DNA from: Octopus vulgaris
Taxonomy: Eukaryota
DNA length: 64,000 bases
NCBI GenBank assembly: GCA_951406725.2
Contig: OX597828.1
Coordinates: 59,148,001-59,212,000 of the forward strand
Direction: 5' to 3'
Under the pieces are notes generated by a model that saw nothing but the letters and a program-made list of their open reading frames with translations, was not told the origin of the DNA and did no database searches. Below, piece after piece: positions 12,386 through 25,009 of the stretch (its first letter is position 1; every line of letters begins with the position of its first letter). A program made the position numbers and the translations under genes.

Positions 12386-13578
12386 CCACTGTCATGCAGA
12401 TGCGTTGTAGATATAACTACACCAAGATCTTCTCCAACTGCTCCAATTTGAAGACTTTGGAGTGGCCAGAGGATAACAACCTGATTGTCATTCAAATTCT
12501 ATTTGCCGTTCTTGGATCCTTGTCTTTTATTTTGAACAGTTTTGTTCTGATTGAGTCAAAAAATGCTAGCGGAGGCCAAAGCCCTTCATTAGTTTTTGTC
12601 CGAACTTTGATTGTTGCTGATGCCCTCATAGGGTTGTTTGGCATTGTGAAAACAATATATATAGAATATCGCAAAATTCGTTCTATTGATTGTTTTCTGT
12701 CAGAAAGCCTTCTTATTACAGCATCAACAGCCTCAGCACTTTCTTTGCTCTGGTTGACAGCAGACAGTTCTTTGAGGCTGTCACGGCCGCTTGACTTGCA
12801 GTTTCATATGCACAAGAAAAATGTCATTGCTCTGATGGTGATTGTTTGGAATGGTTCTTTCATCATTGGATTCTCTTCTCAGATGGGATGGGTATTGTTT
12901 GATTACACGTGCTTGTTTTTCTGCTACTACAGTTCCACATTCTTGCTATTTGTTGGAATACTTTGGAATAACTGTGTCTTCATCACTGTTTGCTTACTTA
13001 TTTATTATCAATGCCTCAACCGACGGATACAAAACAATGATCACATCCTTACTCTGAGTAGCAAAGAATACAAAAGATATGCAGGATTGCTCTCAATATC
13101 AAAGTACCACATTATAGTATGGCTGCTGACGTATCTGCCTTTGATATTTTACATTGCCATTTCCTATTTCTGTGATGAGGACAGTACAAAACCAAATTAT
13201 ACAATCCTCTATTTTTTGCTTCTGCCTCTATTCAAGTCTATTACATGTGCTGTTCTTCATGCTTACCAATGCCAAGAAATTAACAGTGTGGTAACTAGTC
13301 ACTGGCACAACATTACAATCTGCTGCTGGAGATATTGCTGTCAAAACATGTCTTCTACATACAACATTGGTTTCCCAGCAAACGCTATGGCAACTGCGCC
13401 CATCCATATACAACACTCTTGCCAGACATCTAATTCCCAACCAACTCTATATGATTCGGACAGATCTTTATTGGCTTCAAATTACAATTTGGTATCGAAG
13501 CAGTCATCCATGACTGTTCATTGTAATGACAATCTTTTATTTGAGCAAAGTTCTGTAGAAATCGTGACACGTTTATAG
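12382..13578 (+). CDS. Intronless rhodopsin-like (class A) GPCR, GPR119/adenosine-receptor-like, with atypical microswitch motifs (398 aa from the first ATG)
   Basis: Seven hydrophobic segments; N-glycosylation sequons NYT and NCS; TM1 N (ILN), TM2 LIVAD, TM3 Cys and ADSS at the DRY position, TM4 W, ECL2 Cys, TM6 TYLP, TM7 KSITCAVLHAY; C-terminal VTRL. The ORF track starts at GTG 12310; the first in-frame ATG is 12382. Confidence 0.9.
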   Translation: MTTVMQMRCRYNYTKIFSNCSNLKTLEWPEDNNLIVIQILFAVLGSLSFILNSFVLIESKNASGGQSPSLVFVRTLIVADALIGLFGIVKTIYIEYRKIRSIDCFLSESLLITASTASALSLLWLTADSSLRLSRPLDLQFHMHKKNVIALMVIVWNGSFIIGFSSQMGWVLFDYTCLFFCYYSSTFLLFVGILWNNCVFITVCLLIYYQCLNRRIQNNDHILTLSSKEYKRYAGLLSISKYHIIVWLLTYLPLIFYIAISYFCDEDSTKPNYTILYFLLLPLFKSITCAVLHAYQCQEINSVVTSHWHNITICCWRYCCQNMSSTYNIGFPANAMATAPIHIQHSCQTSNSQPTLYDSDRSLLASNYNLVSKQSSMTVHCNDNLLFEQSSVEIVTRL

Positions 13579-15051
13579 CTTAACATAAACTACATGTATG
13601 TATATATGTGCTTGTGTATACACATGCAACTCCACTGCAAATGAATGTAACATATTTGATGGCATAAAGAACATGTAGGGATAATTAGATGCATCCCAAT
13701 TCTAGCTGTGCATATTTATGAAAAACAGTTTTTAGCATATTCATGCATGTAATATAGGCCCAGCTTTGCATAAAAGATCTGGGGTGATTTTTGGAGACAT
13801 TGGAAGGAAACAGTGTGTCTTGTATGCCATCAAATACAGCAATTCATTTCACTTCTTCAAGCAAAGAGACTAATATTCTACTAACGTATTTGTGATATTT
13901 ATGTCTTTAAAAGCAAAAGAAAACAATCTACAAATTGGCTGTACCCATGATATTGCAAACTTTTAAAGGAATATCACCCTTCTCTCACAACCTACAGCTG
14001 CTGTCTCTTGTCATGCTGAAATACGATTACTAACTTCTAAGTTTTTATAGAAGTTCACAAAATTGAGTGAAGAGTATGAACAATATTCCCATATTAAAAT
14101 GGACTTGTTTGAAATTTTTGTCCTCCTTAATAATCTTATTGTTTTTATAATTTTTATAAAAGCAAGAAATATTACTCTACATCAACCTTTAAGTTTTTGG
14201 TTGACCTCAAAATCCACTTTCAATTTAAATGGGATGTTCTTTATTTACTAATGCTGCTCTTGAGAAAGGCATGCTCTTCACAGCACCACATTTTATTAAC
14301 CTTGTAACTTCATATCTACTTAAGATATTGTATTTCTCATGTAGTGGTTTTTGATTTAGAAAAACATACAATTGTGTACTCTGTACTAAGTTTATTTATG
14401 CTCCATCAAAGCTTTACCACTGTTTAAAGTTAATGATGATGATGAAATATTGATGCTGAATAAGAGATCCAATGTCTAAGTAAATGTGGTATCTGCTTTT
14501 TAACTACTAAATTATTAGTTAACATTTTGCCATCCTCTAGCTTAAAACTACATCTCTCTGAATTTACTGATTTACTTTTTCCAATCATCAGTAAACATAT
14601 CATTTCTGTTACCTATCCTGTTTTCCCACTTTATTTTCCTTAAAATTCTTATACCAGCTTTGTGTCCCAAAGCTTTGTTTCTTAGCTGGAGCACACCATA
14701 TTACATACACTCACTGATGCACAATTAATTACCAATACATGTAAATAATCATATCCAAGCAGCAGCTAAACACACTAATTTCTCTTGCCATCTCACCATG
14801 TATTTCTGAAAAAAGGTACTTGACTCAGTTTGATGTAATTAATTGTTAAGTTGTTACAGACCTCACTTGAAGTGTGATGGCAGCCATAAAAATATTGAAG
14901 TCAAGTTAAGTTAGTGTGAAACACAATAGGTTCCCAGCTGTTAATGCCGTGTAAACTATCAAATGCTCTGGAGTGGAATTTCTGTTTGATCATTGTGTAC
15001 TTGGTCATCAAGTAAGAATCAGAGTGAATAATAAAAAGTTTTAACTGAAAA

Positions 15052-15259
15052 TGCAATGAGGCCAATGCAATGCCCAGTTACACAACATAATCTTCTACTG
15101 CCTTCATCTCCATTCAACTTTACTGTTATGTGCACTGTTCTACTAGTGCCAAGAATTCCACCATGTGTTGGCTGGTCACTGGCATAACATTCCAATCTGC
15201 TACTGGTGACATTGCAGCTTAAGCGACTTTTATGTTTAAGAATGACTTTACAGCAGATG
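15052..15259 (+). pseudogene. Decayed partial duplicate of the GPCR (ECL3-TM7-helix 8-proximal C-tail)
   Basis: CNEANAMPSYT aligns with CDEDSTKPNYT. GTCACTGGCATAACATTCCAATCTGCTACTGG matches GTCACTGGCACAACATTACAATCTGCTGCTGG (13298-13329). Stops and indels are present. Confidence 0.8.
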
Positions 15260-15409
15260 AAAGGTGAGACTGGAAAAATACATTAACTGGACAAGAGATA
15301 TATCTTTTAAACAGATTTTTCAAATTCCACAAATTCTCCAAAATTGCAGGCCAATCTAGTTATTATTTTCTATTTTAGTCAGTTATATGTTACAATTGCA
15401 TATTTTTCC

Positions 15410-15470
<61 letters not shown>

Positions 15471-15482
15471 ATTATTATTATT
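15410..15482. repeat. (ATT)n microsatellite
   Basis: Direct reading. Confidence 0.95.
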
Positions 15483-18403
15483 GTTCAAAGGTGAAATTCA
15501 CATGGAAATTACTCCTCTGTGAAGTGTGTTTTCTTGATAGGCTTTTGGGAGTTTAACTTTGGTTTTATGGCATTAGACAATTAAACTGTTAAGAACAGGT
15601 AACGCAATGCTCCATGGCTGGCAATATAGTCAAATGATCTGATACTACACCTTACTGATTTAGACATGTCCAGTTAAAGTTATACTTTTTGAGTAATCTA
15701 TCTTTGTATTTTTGACTGTAAAGCCATGGTTTATGCTGATAGCCTCTTCCGAGAGCAATATTTTCAGCAGCACATTGTAATGTCATCTACAACAAAACGT
15801 CTCCAACAGAACTGAACTCAAAATCTATTAGTTTTTGTCCAAACCATTCACTTAGCCATCTTGGTTCTACAATAAAGACTATTTCATTGTACTTGCATTT
15901 ACTAAGAGTATTAATTAATTATCTTCGAATTAGAAACAAACACATCTAGCATATAAATAGACACAAGTTATTTGGTTGATAAGAACAATACAAACAAATA
16001 TATATATTTGGTTGACAATAATGCAGAAAGATTCTGTTCAGGTGTTTGACAACAGGCAAAGTCACAAATCAAACTAATGGATACATGATACGGGCACTTC
16101 CCTATTAATTAGTCAGCCTCATATATTCCATGAAGTGGTTGTTTATATTTCTAACAGGAGCTAGTAGTTTTTTTTTGTTTTGTATTTTCTTTTAGAATTT
16201 TTAGCATTTTAAATTTTTACGCTCATAATAATTGTAATTAAACAAAAGAAGATATGCTGTGTTTTGAGTTTTTGTATGAGCCCTTACAAATTAATAAACT
16301 TCCAGTTTAAACCAGATTGACAATATTTTCACAAACTGTATCAATAAAATTATATCATTATCTTTTAGTTTTGTTTACTTTAAGTTTCTTAATCTTGTGG
16401 CAATTCTGTTTATTTTAAACTTCAGAATTAACTCTCTGCATTCAGTGTTTCAGGTAGATTTTAAGTATATTTGTAAATAAATGCTTTTTGCTTTAATTTT
16501 TGTCAGATTTCAACAAAATTTTTCTATTATATTTATAAATATAAATTATGAATACTATAAATATTTTTTTTACATAATTCTGAATTTTTAAGTAAAGAGG
16601 AATGAAAACAACTTCTATGATCAGTAAATTGGAAATAAAAGTTAAAATTAAAAAAATATCGAAGACTTGCACAAATAAAATCAACTTTAATTGCTAAAAA
16701 TTGATCTTCTTTGCTTTGAATGTGGAGAAAATGACATTTATCAAACAATCCAAATATAGATATATATTGCAAGTATTAGAATCTTTTATTGGACTGTAGT
16801 ACATTTCATGTTTCAAGCAATGCAGATGTTTTCCATGCTACTTGCTGTATGGTAAGTATGTAGAATTTCAAATACAAATTCTGCTTATTGTAATTATATG
16901 ATGACTTCAACTGATGAGTTAAATCTCTTTATTGTAAGTTTACATGTTTTAATTTTCAGTTCCTTACTGTCCACTTTTTAAAAATTTTATGCTCCATACA
17001 AAAAAATATTTTACTATGGTATCAAAAAATATTTTGCCATGTTTCATCTTAACTATCATAACTTCATTTAAGTTTTATTTCATAAATATTTTCTTTCCTT
17101 TATTTCAGTTAATTTTATATTTATTTAGCCATTGTGTAGTTTCATTAATTCATATTTTATATGTTTATGTAAGAAATGTCTTTACCTTTAGAATTGGTAA
17201 TTGCTTCCTTGATAAAAACTCCCTTATTCAAATTTGAACTTTTCTGAAAAATATTTTGAAACTCATTTCAAATATTATTGAATGGAAGCAATACTTCCCT
17301 TCCTAACTATGAGAAAATTATTCCACCATGGAGTGTATTTGTTTGTTTTTAGATTTTTGAATACTTTCACAGCTGAACTTCACTATGTTTACATATTACT
17401 GTTACCAAACAACAGTAGTGTTGGATACAATCCTCAGAATAAGGTATTCAAGAGAAGCCATAGAGAACTGAAAATTTTATGCCTATTAAGTGGTATCCAT
17501 TAAGATGGGAGCTCTCTAAAGAGGCGACATCTACCCTTGTGTGCATTTTTTCTCTTACAACCTCCTCATCACAAGCTGTATATGTACGCGTGTGTGTATG
17601 CATGTTTGTATGCAAAGACAAACGTATGTAATTGCTTGAGGATCATTTGACACTATAAAAGACTGACTTTCATTTCTAACATCTTAGATGTAATGAAAAT
17701 AGTCATTCATAGCTGCTGTGTCCTTTACCACTTCAAGTCCCTTTGCCTTCTCAATGGAAGCCAATATAGTTCCCCCAAAAAATACTTTGGCCTTTTTGGC
17801 TACACACACCAAAACACTTTGTGTCTCAAAAGGGTTAATATACTTGTTGTGTCTACAGGACTGACAAAGTAACTTTGCCTTTATAGTCTGTATCCTAATG
17901 TATTTCATCTTGTTGCAAGTGCGTGACCGTTGCCAGAGCAGCCAACTGGCTCCATGCCGGTGGCACGTAAAAGGGCACCATTAGAGCGTGATCGTTACCA
18001 ACGTCGCCTTACTGGCACCTGTGCCAGTGGCATGTATAAAAAGATTCGAGCGAGGTCGTTGCCAGTACCACCTCCCCTGGCACCTGTGCCGGTGGCACGT
18101 AAAAAGCACCCACTACACTCTCGGAGTGGTTGGCGTTAGGAAGGGCATCCAGATCAAGATTGGAGCCTGGTGCAGCCATCTGGTTCGCCAGCCCTCAGTC
18201 AAAATCGTCCAACCCATGTTAGTATGGAAGGCGGACGTTAAACGATGATGATGATGATGATGATGAAGTGCAGGGATGCACAAAAACATTTTTTTGTCTG
18301 TTTTGTAAAGCACTCATTTTGCTGATCCCTATGTATTTGCTTTTAAATGCACATATGTGTATTTCTATAGTCATATACTTTTATAAACAGTCTCTCTTGT
18401 GCG

Positions 18404-18439
<36 letters not shown>

Positions 18440-18639
18440 TAATAAGATAGTGAATGCTGCCCACTATTGACCTTCACAACTTGACAATGTTAAGTTAATT
18501 ATTGTAGATCATTATGACCACCAACCAGCATTACTACTACCACTGCTGCTACTACTACTACTGCTACCGCCAACACCAGCAGGTGCAGTAGCAGCAGTAC
18601 CATTAATGCCACCATGCTACCAGTAACAACAGCAGCAGC

Positions 18640-18811
18640 ACCATCACCACCACCATGACCACCACCACCACCGTCACCACCACCACCACAACCACCACCA
18701 CCACCACCACCATCACCACCACCACCACCACCACCACCACCACCACCACCACCACCACCACCACACCACCACCACCACCACCACCACCACCACCACCACC
18801 ACCACCACCAC
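18640..18811. repeat. (CAC)n microsatellite; similar tract at 5490-5615
   Basis: Direct reading. Confidence 0.95.
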
Positions 18812-19695
18812 TGCTACTCTTCAATTAACTGTGCAAACCCTTTAATGATTTCTTATTTACAATATCCTGAGCCTGAAAGATTTTCCTAATGTTTATCTTT
18901 CATTTAGTTTTTCATTCTCCATTTCCTTTCTTTCTGTCTTGTTTCAGGACTCATTTTCTTCTTTTCTTCCATTAGTTTTGCTATAATTCTTTCATAATTT
19001 CACTCTTTCTACATAAATGTTTTATTCTTTTATATTCTTTCCATTTAATCCCTTCTTTTTGATTTTTTTTTGTTTTTGAGATTCTACAAACTATTATATT
19101 TTACGCTTTTTAAAGAATTATAATTTCAGTTCATTACTTAATTCCTTAATCCAAACAAGAGCTTAGAGTAAGAGATGAAGAGTTTAGAGTATCCCAGAAT
19201 GTTGTAGGCTAACAAATTGAAGAATTACCAGGATAAGTCATGGAGAAGCTAATGAGTAAGTGGTGTGAATAGAGCAAAGCGTAAACTTCAGATTGACCAA
19301 CAGAATTGTTGGTCAGCTTTGTAAATCTTGTTAGATGATTAAAGTTTCAAAAATTATTAAGGATAGGTACAGGCATTGTATGTAGTAAGACGTTTGCTTC
19401 CCAACCACATGGTTCTGAGTTCAGTTCCACTGCATGGCACCTTGGGCAAGTACTTCTTTAGATCCAGGCCAACCAAAGCGTTGTGAGACAAAAACTGAAA
19501 GAAGCCCATCATATGTGTTTGTGTGTGTGTGTGTGAGAGAGAGAGAGAAAGAGAGAATGTGTGTGTGTGTGTGTGTATTTGATTCTGTGTTTGTCACTAA
19601 CAATTGGTGTTATGTTTATGTCCCAATAACTTAGAGGTTTGCCAAAAACGACTGATAAAATAAGTACTGGGTTTTTATAAAAAAGTACTAGATTC

Positions 19696-19898
19696 GGAGA
19701 TGTACTCGCATAGCAAGTAATTTGATCTGAGATCGTGTGCTGAAATGAAAACAATTGCAGCGTGGAAGGTGTTTATAAGCCATTTAAGAAACACACAAAA
19801 GCCGTTCGATTCACTTCAACATTTAAGTATAATTTGTCAAAATATTTTCGTCGCTAAAATCCGCGACCTGTTCACTGACAAAAATCAGTGCTGCATCT
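19696..19898 (-). mobile_element. 203-bp non-coding insertion with an 8-bp target-site duplication, carrying a hammerhead motif (retrozyme/solo pLTR-like)
   Basis: CTAGATTC duplicated at 19688-19695 and 19899-19906. The insert interrupts a family C SINE. Confidence 0.75.
19833..19882 (-). ncRNA. Minimal type I hammerhead ribozyme, G3:C8 core variant
   Basis: Minus strand: TTTGTCA GTGAACA G GTCGC-GGATTTTA-GCGAC GAA AATATT T TGACAAA. 7-bp stem I, 5-bp stem II, palindromic stem III, UUU triplet. Confidence 0.65.
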
Positions 19899-20264
19899 CT
19901 AGATTCATTTGACTAAAAATTCTTCAAGGCAGTGCCCCAGCATGGCTGCAGCCTAATGACTGAAACAAGTAAAAGATAAGAGAAGGCTTCTGAGGGAAAG
20001 TATGAATTGTAAGAGATATCTAAGATGTAGTCACTCTCTCTGAGTATACAGGAGGTAACAATATTAAATGCTGTCAAGGCTTGCTAATGATTCTGCCAGC
20101 TTGCCACTTTTGATTCCATTGAAAAATATTTGTATTAGTTCTTTTGAATTTATTTCATTTTCATATTTAGGTTAAGATCCTTTGAATTTTCTCTCAACAC
20201 ACACAATTGCACACATTTTGTAACATTTTGCAGCAACGTATATATATATATACATACATACATA

Positions 20265-20322
<58 letters not shown>

Positions 20323-20436
20323 AGTAATTGAATAATGGGCTCTAAAGAAAGTATATTTTATTGTCCTGTCATGAACATGTCTTTTAAAATACACACATTC
20401 ATACATATAAACTTCTTAGAATCAAGTATAATCACA

Positions 20437-20471
<35 letters not shown>

Positions 20472-23400
20472 TTTGGCAATACTAATGCTCTAAATCTTTT
20501 TTATTCAGCTTTTATAGGGAGAACATAAAGATAGTTGATGTGCATCAAGTTTATTTTATTACTGTATTTTAGTAGAAATTCTGGTCTTACTGAGTTGATG
20601 CTTTCAGCAATGAAACCAATTCAGTTTTTTATTTCAGTTAAGGTTGTCATTTTCTATTTATTTATCTATCTCTTTACTTATATTTTCACCTTAGTTTATC
20701 AATGTTTCATTGATTTCATGAGAAGTATCAGTCTAAACAATAACACAAGACTGATCTTTAAGTACTTCATTTATCCTTAAACATTGCATTTTTTACACAG
20801 TTTCTTTTGTGCTGTAATACTTCGATTGATTTATGTGTGTTGCATACTTTGGGAGTCATTAGAAGCCTTACAAATTGATACTAAGTGAGATTCAGTGTTA
20901 CCAAGGATTTCTATTACTATGAGAATTATGTAAATTTAGCCAATCTGCCTACTTGTTACTTGCACAGTGAACAGTAAGATTCAGAAATAATGACTTGTAT
21001 CTTTATTGTTAACCCTTTAGCATTTAGATTATTTTGTAAAATGCAATACCTTTTCATTCCCATTGTTTTTAATAAATCATGCATTATGTTGTAACGTCAG
21101 AATTTTGATGATAATGATGATTATCATCATCGTTTAACATCCACCTTCCATGCAGGCATGGGTTGGACGGTTTGACAGGAGCTGGTTAGTTAGAAGACTA
21201 CATGAAGCTACTGTGTCTGTTTTTGGCAAAGTTTTTTTTACAGCTGGATGCCTTTCCTGACACCAACTACACTGCATGACACCAGCATGAGTGAGGTCAG
21301 TTTTGGCATGGTTTTTACAGCTGGATGCCCCTCCAAATGTAGAGTCTACAGTGTGGACTGGATGTCCTTTATGTGGCACCAGCACTGGCAGGGTCACCAA
21401 GTTACTAGCAAGACAAGGGATTTGAGAAGGAAGGTGGGGGGCATTGGACGATGGGATTTTGTGTCAGATGATGAAAGGTTAGAGTGTGACAGAGGGAGAG
21501 AGGCAGAAACAAGTGTCTTTTTATAGAGGAGAGGGTGTGATTGTATATTTTTAGAATGACATTGAAGGTTAGGTGTGATAGGCTGGATCTGGCTGCTTTG
21601 AACATAAAACATATTTTGGCTGGATATGACCATTTTAAATGCTAAAGGGTTAATACATTTAGGCAGATTTGAACATGAGTATGCTAGTCATTGTTGTGTT
21701 TCATCATAGGAGAACAACTTTTCCTTTGCAACACATGTGTTTGTGGTTATGTGGTAAGAAGTTTGCTTCCCAGCCACATAGTTCTGGGTTCAGCTCCACT
21801 GTGTGACACATTCAACAAGTGTCTTCTACTATTGCCTCGGGCTGGCCAAAGCCTTGTGAGTAGATTTGATTGGCAGAAACAGAAGGAAGCCCATCATATA
21901 TCTTTGTGTGTGCGTGTTTGTGTTTGATGTGTTTATGTCCCTGTAGTTTGGCAAAAGAGCCCAATAGAATAAGTACCAGGCTTAAAAAATAAGTACTGAG
22001 GTGAGTTCATTTGACTAAAATTCTTCAAGGTGGTGCCCCAGCATGGCCACAGTTTAATGACTGAAGCAAGTATAAGATGACATACTTGAATCGTAAGTAC
22101 AAGGGCATCATGGGACGTTTAATGTTTCGACATCATTGGGTACAAATGAACTGAGTGTATTATGACATATATGTATCAGCATCATCATCATCATCATCGT
22201 TTAACGTCCGCTTTTCATACTAGCATGGGTTGGATGAATGACTGAGGGCTGGCGAACCAGATGGCTGCACTAGGCCCCAATTTTGATCTGGCAGTGTTTC
22301 TACAGCTGGATGCCCTTCCTAACGCCAACCACTCCATGAGTGTAGTGGGTGCTTTTTATGTGCTACTGGCACAGGTGCCAGGGGAGGCTGGCAGCGGCCA
22401 CGATCGGTTGGTGCTTTTTACGTGCACTGGCACAGGTGCCAGGGGAGGCTGGCAGCGGCCACGATCGGTTGGTGCTTTTTACGTGCACCGGCACAGAAGC
22501 CAGTCAAGGCAGCGCTGGCATTGGCCACGTTCGAATGGTGCTGTATATTTTTTGTAAAAGTGAAGCTGCTTTCCAGTGATGAAACTCAACAGTGTTGAAT
22601 CTGCCAGAACACATTAAGAATAAATATACAAGTCATCATATGTAAACTCTTGCTAATTCCAAGTCTTCATTGTTATACAGCCTTTTCTGTGTTTTTTGAC
22701 TGGATTTATGATTGATGGCATATTATACAATGTATGAATGAGCTTAACCTCGTTAATAATGATACTGTTAATATTAATTAAAATTATCCTATATATTATT
22801 TACTGGCCTAGACTGGCATTTTTTCCATTCAGTGATAGAAAATAACCTTAACAAGTGACAGTGTTCGTTATAATTTCTATAGAAAATCTGTAGAAATAAT
22901 CTTAACAAGTGATTTAATAGCACTGCTAACACAGTAGAACACAGCATTTACTTATAAAAGCGTTTAACATACTTTGTAGTATATTATGATTGCATAACAA
23001 AATACAGTGTCCCTACAGGTCATTAATAAGTTTTAGAAAATTCTGTAGTGCTATACTGCTGCTACTAAACATTGCATACTGTCATAGACTATTGTCTCAT
23101 CTGTAAGCTTTCTTTTCTCCCAAATTATAACAAAATTTCCTGGTGCCTTGCCAAAAAATGATCTGTATAAAGTTTACAGAGCCCTACTGTCTATTGTTCC
23201 TCAAAGAAAGTATTTCTGTGATCAGTATTCTTGCAGATAATGCCATAGTATTCATTTTTCAGTGTGCTGCCAATTTCACTCTGAACATACCACAAATGCC
23301 TTGTGGCATTTATTTTTGATTCTTAACATTCAGAGTTCAAATCATACAAAGATCAACTTTTTCTTACTAAGTATAATGAATTCTCTGTTAACATGGAGCT

Positions 23401-24747
23401 ATTATTTTAAAAGATACAGCATCCTGTGATATGCTGACCCCACTTTCTCTCTCTATACCTATTCTGTTGCAGCTTCTATAGCCTTTCTTGATAGGTCTTG
23501 TGGGACATTCTTTACTCATTCATCTCTCTTGTTATATATATCGTGTTTGCTCCTTACCTTCATCCATTTCTCTGCATTGACCACCACACCTAGGTCTTTC
23601 TCTCCAGAATGTCTGGAATGTGTTAAATATGAGGTCTGAATGCTATCAGCTTTTATGTTTATTTAGACTAATTAAAAGTCAGTGAAGAGGCCTCTACACG
23701 GTTGCTCAACCTGTTAAAATTAGGGAGTCTGAATCCTTTAAATCACACACAGCCATCTTAGGAAAAGGGTGCATTTTGTATTGTGGTCCTGGGTGGACTC
23801 TGCCATCAGCTAAAAATGGTATGATTATAGCTGGAATAGTTCTGTTGGATCAAAATAACAATACATTCTGCTTTTTCAGACTTGTTCTGCTGTACTTTGT
23901 GTTTATATTCACAATGATAATATTGAGCCCTAGATCAGTTCAGATCTGTCTTTGACTACCTGAATTACCTGTGAAATAATCAAGTATGGTTTGCTGATCC
24001 ATTATTGTAGATATAAAATACCTTTACCTGGGCAAGGTGATTTGGTTGGAATACAATAGTTGATACCTTGAAACTGCTGTATTTTTCTGGCTTACAACAT
24101 GAAATTTTCAGACCTAAATTTACATCCGAAAAGAAGGTGGGTTGACTTCTACATCAAGATGAATTTGGAGAACCAAAAATTCTATCTGAAATGCAGCAGT
24201 ATTTGGAAAGATGGTGGTGATGTTTGAATGTTTACATTACATGTATACACTGTTATACTATGTCAACTTGTATGTCAGAAAAAATGGTATTATCAACTTC
24301 TACTAGTGCTGTGCCTCTTAGTAATATGTTTTTTTTTTAAGGGTGGTAACGGTGGTGGACTTATGAGTTTGTTAAGGCTATTTTGGGATGGATGTGATTG
24401 TTTGTATGTTTCTCTATAAAAAATAGGAGAGATAGTATTCTAAGGGTAGTAGCAGTGGTGTAAGGGTGTTGTTGATATATCTGAGTGTTTGGTGGGGATT
24501 GTGTATGTGGCAAGGGCTTCAAAGACTGGAGCTTCATCTAACAACAAACTGTACTTCTCGCATCAGAATCTGATGGGTACTTTCATTTTGTTTTAGTGTT
24601 TTTGTTTTACTCTGTTGGTGGCACATGTGTGCCACCCGTGGGGAAGCAAAGCAGGCTTTTTTGTTCCATTAGTAGTTTGTTGTGGAAAAACTGCAAGTCT
24701 GGGTAGAACTGGAACAATCTGATATACTACTTCTATACTAGAATAGT

Positions 24748-25009
24748 GTGGAGGCGCGTGGCTTAGTGGTTAGGGTGTCAGCATCATGATCGTAAGATTG
24801 TGGTTTCGATTCCTGGACCAGGCGACACCTTGTGTTCTTGAGCAAAGCACTTCATTTCATGTTACTCCAGTCCACTCAGCTGGCAAAAATGAGTAACGCT
24901 GCGATGGACTGGCGTCCCGTCCAGCTGGGGAACACATACACCATAGAAACTGGGGAAACTAGGCCCATGAGCCTGGCTAAGCTTTGAAAGGGTGCATTTA
25001 TTTATTTAT
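24748..25009 (+). mobile_element. tRNA-derived SINE (family B) with TSD; second copy 57888-58137; source family of the 153-bp array
   Basis: A box TGGCTTAGTGG, B box GGTTTCGATTCC. TSD TATACTAGAATAGT at 24734 and 25010. Confidence 0.88.

Larger units (their letters stand above)
19367..19980 (+). mobile_element. tRNA-derived SINE (family C) containing a nested 203-bp insertion; other copies near 2080, 7480, 21735, 28160, 39520, 47758-48170, 48197-48617
   Basis: Head GG(C/T)ACAGG...GTGGTAAG(T/A)AGCTTGCTT(A/C)CCAACCACATGGTTC...GGGTTCAGTCCC, internal (TG)n tract and GAAACAAGTAAAAGA tail. Confidence 0.85.

Noticed and set aside
16911-16930. CTGATGAG motifs here and at ~2362 and ~58946 as hammerheads
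   Set aside because: No correctly placed GAAA, stem III or stem I
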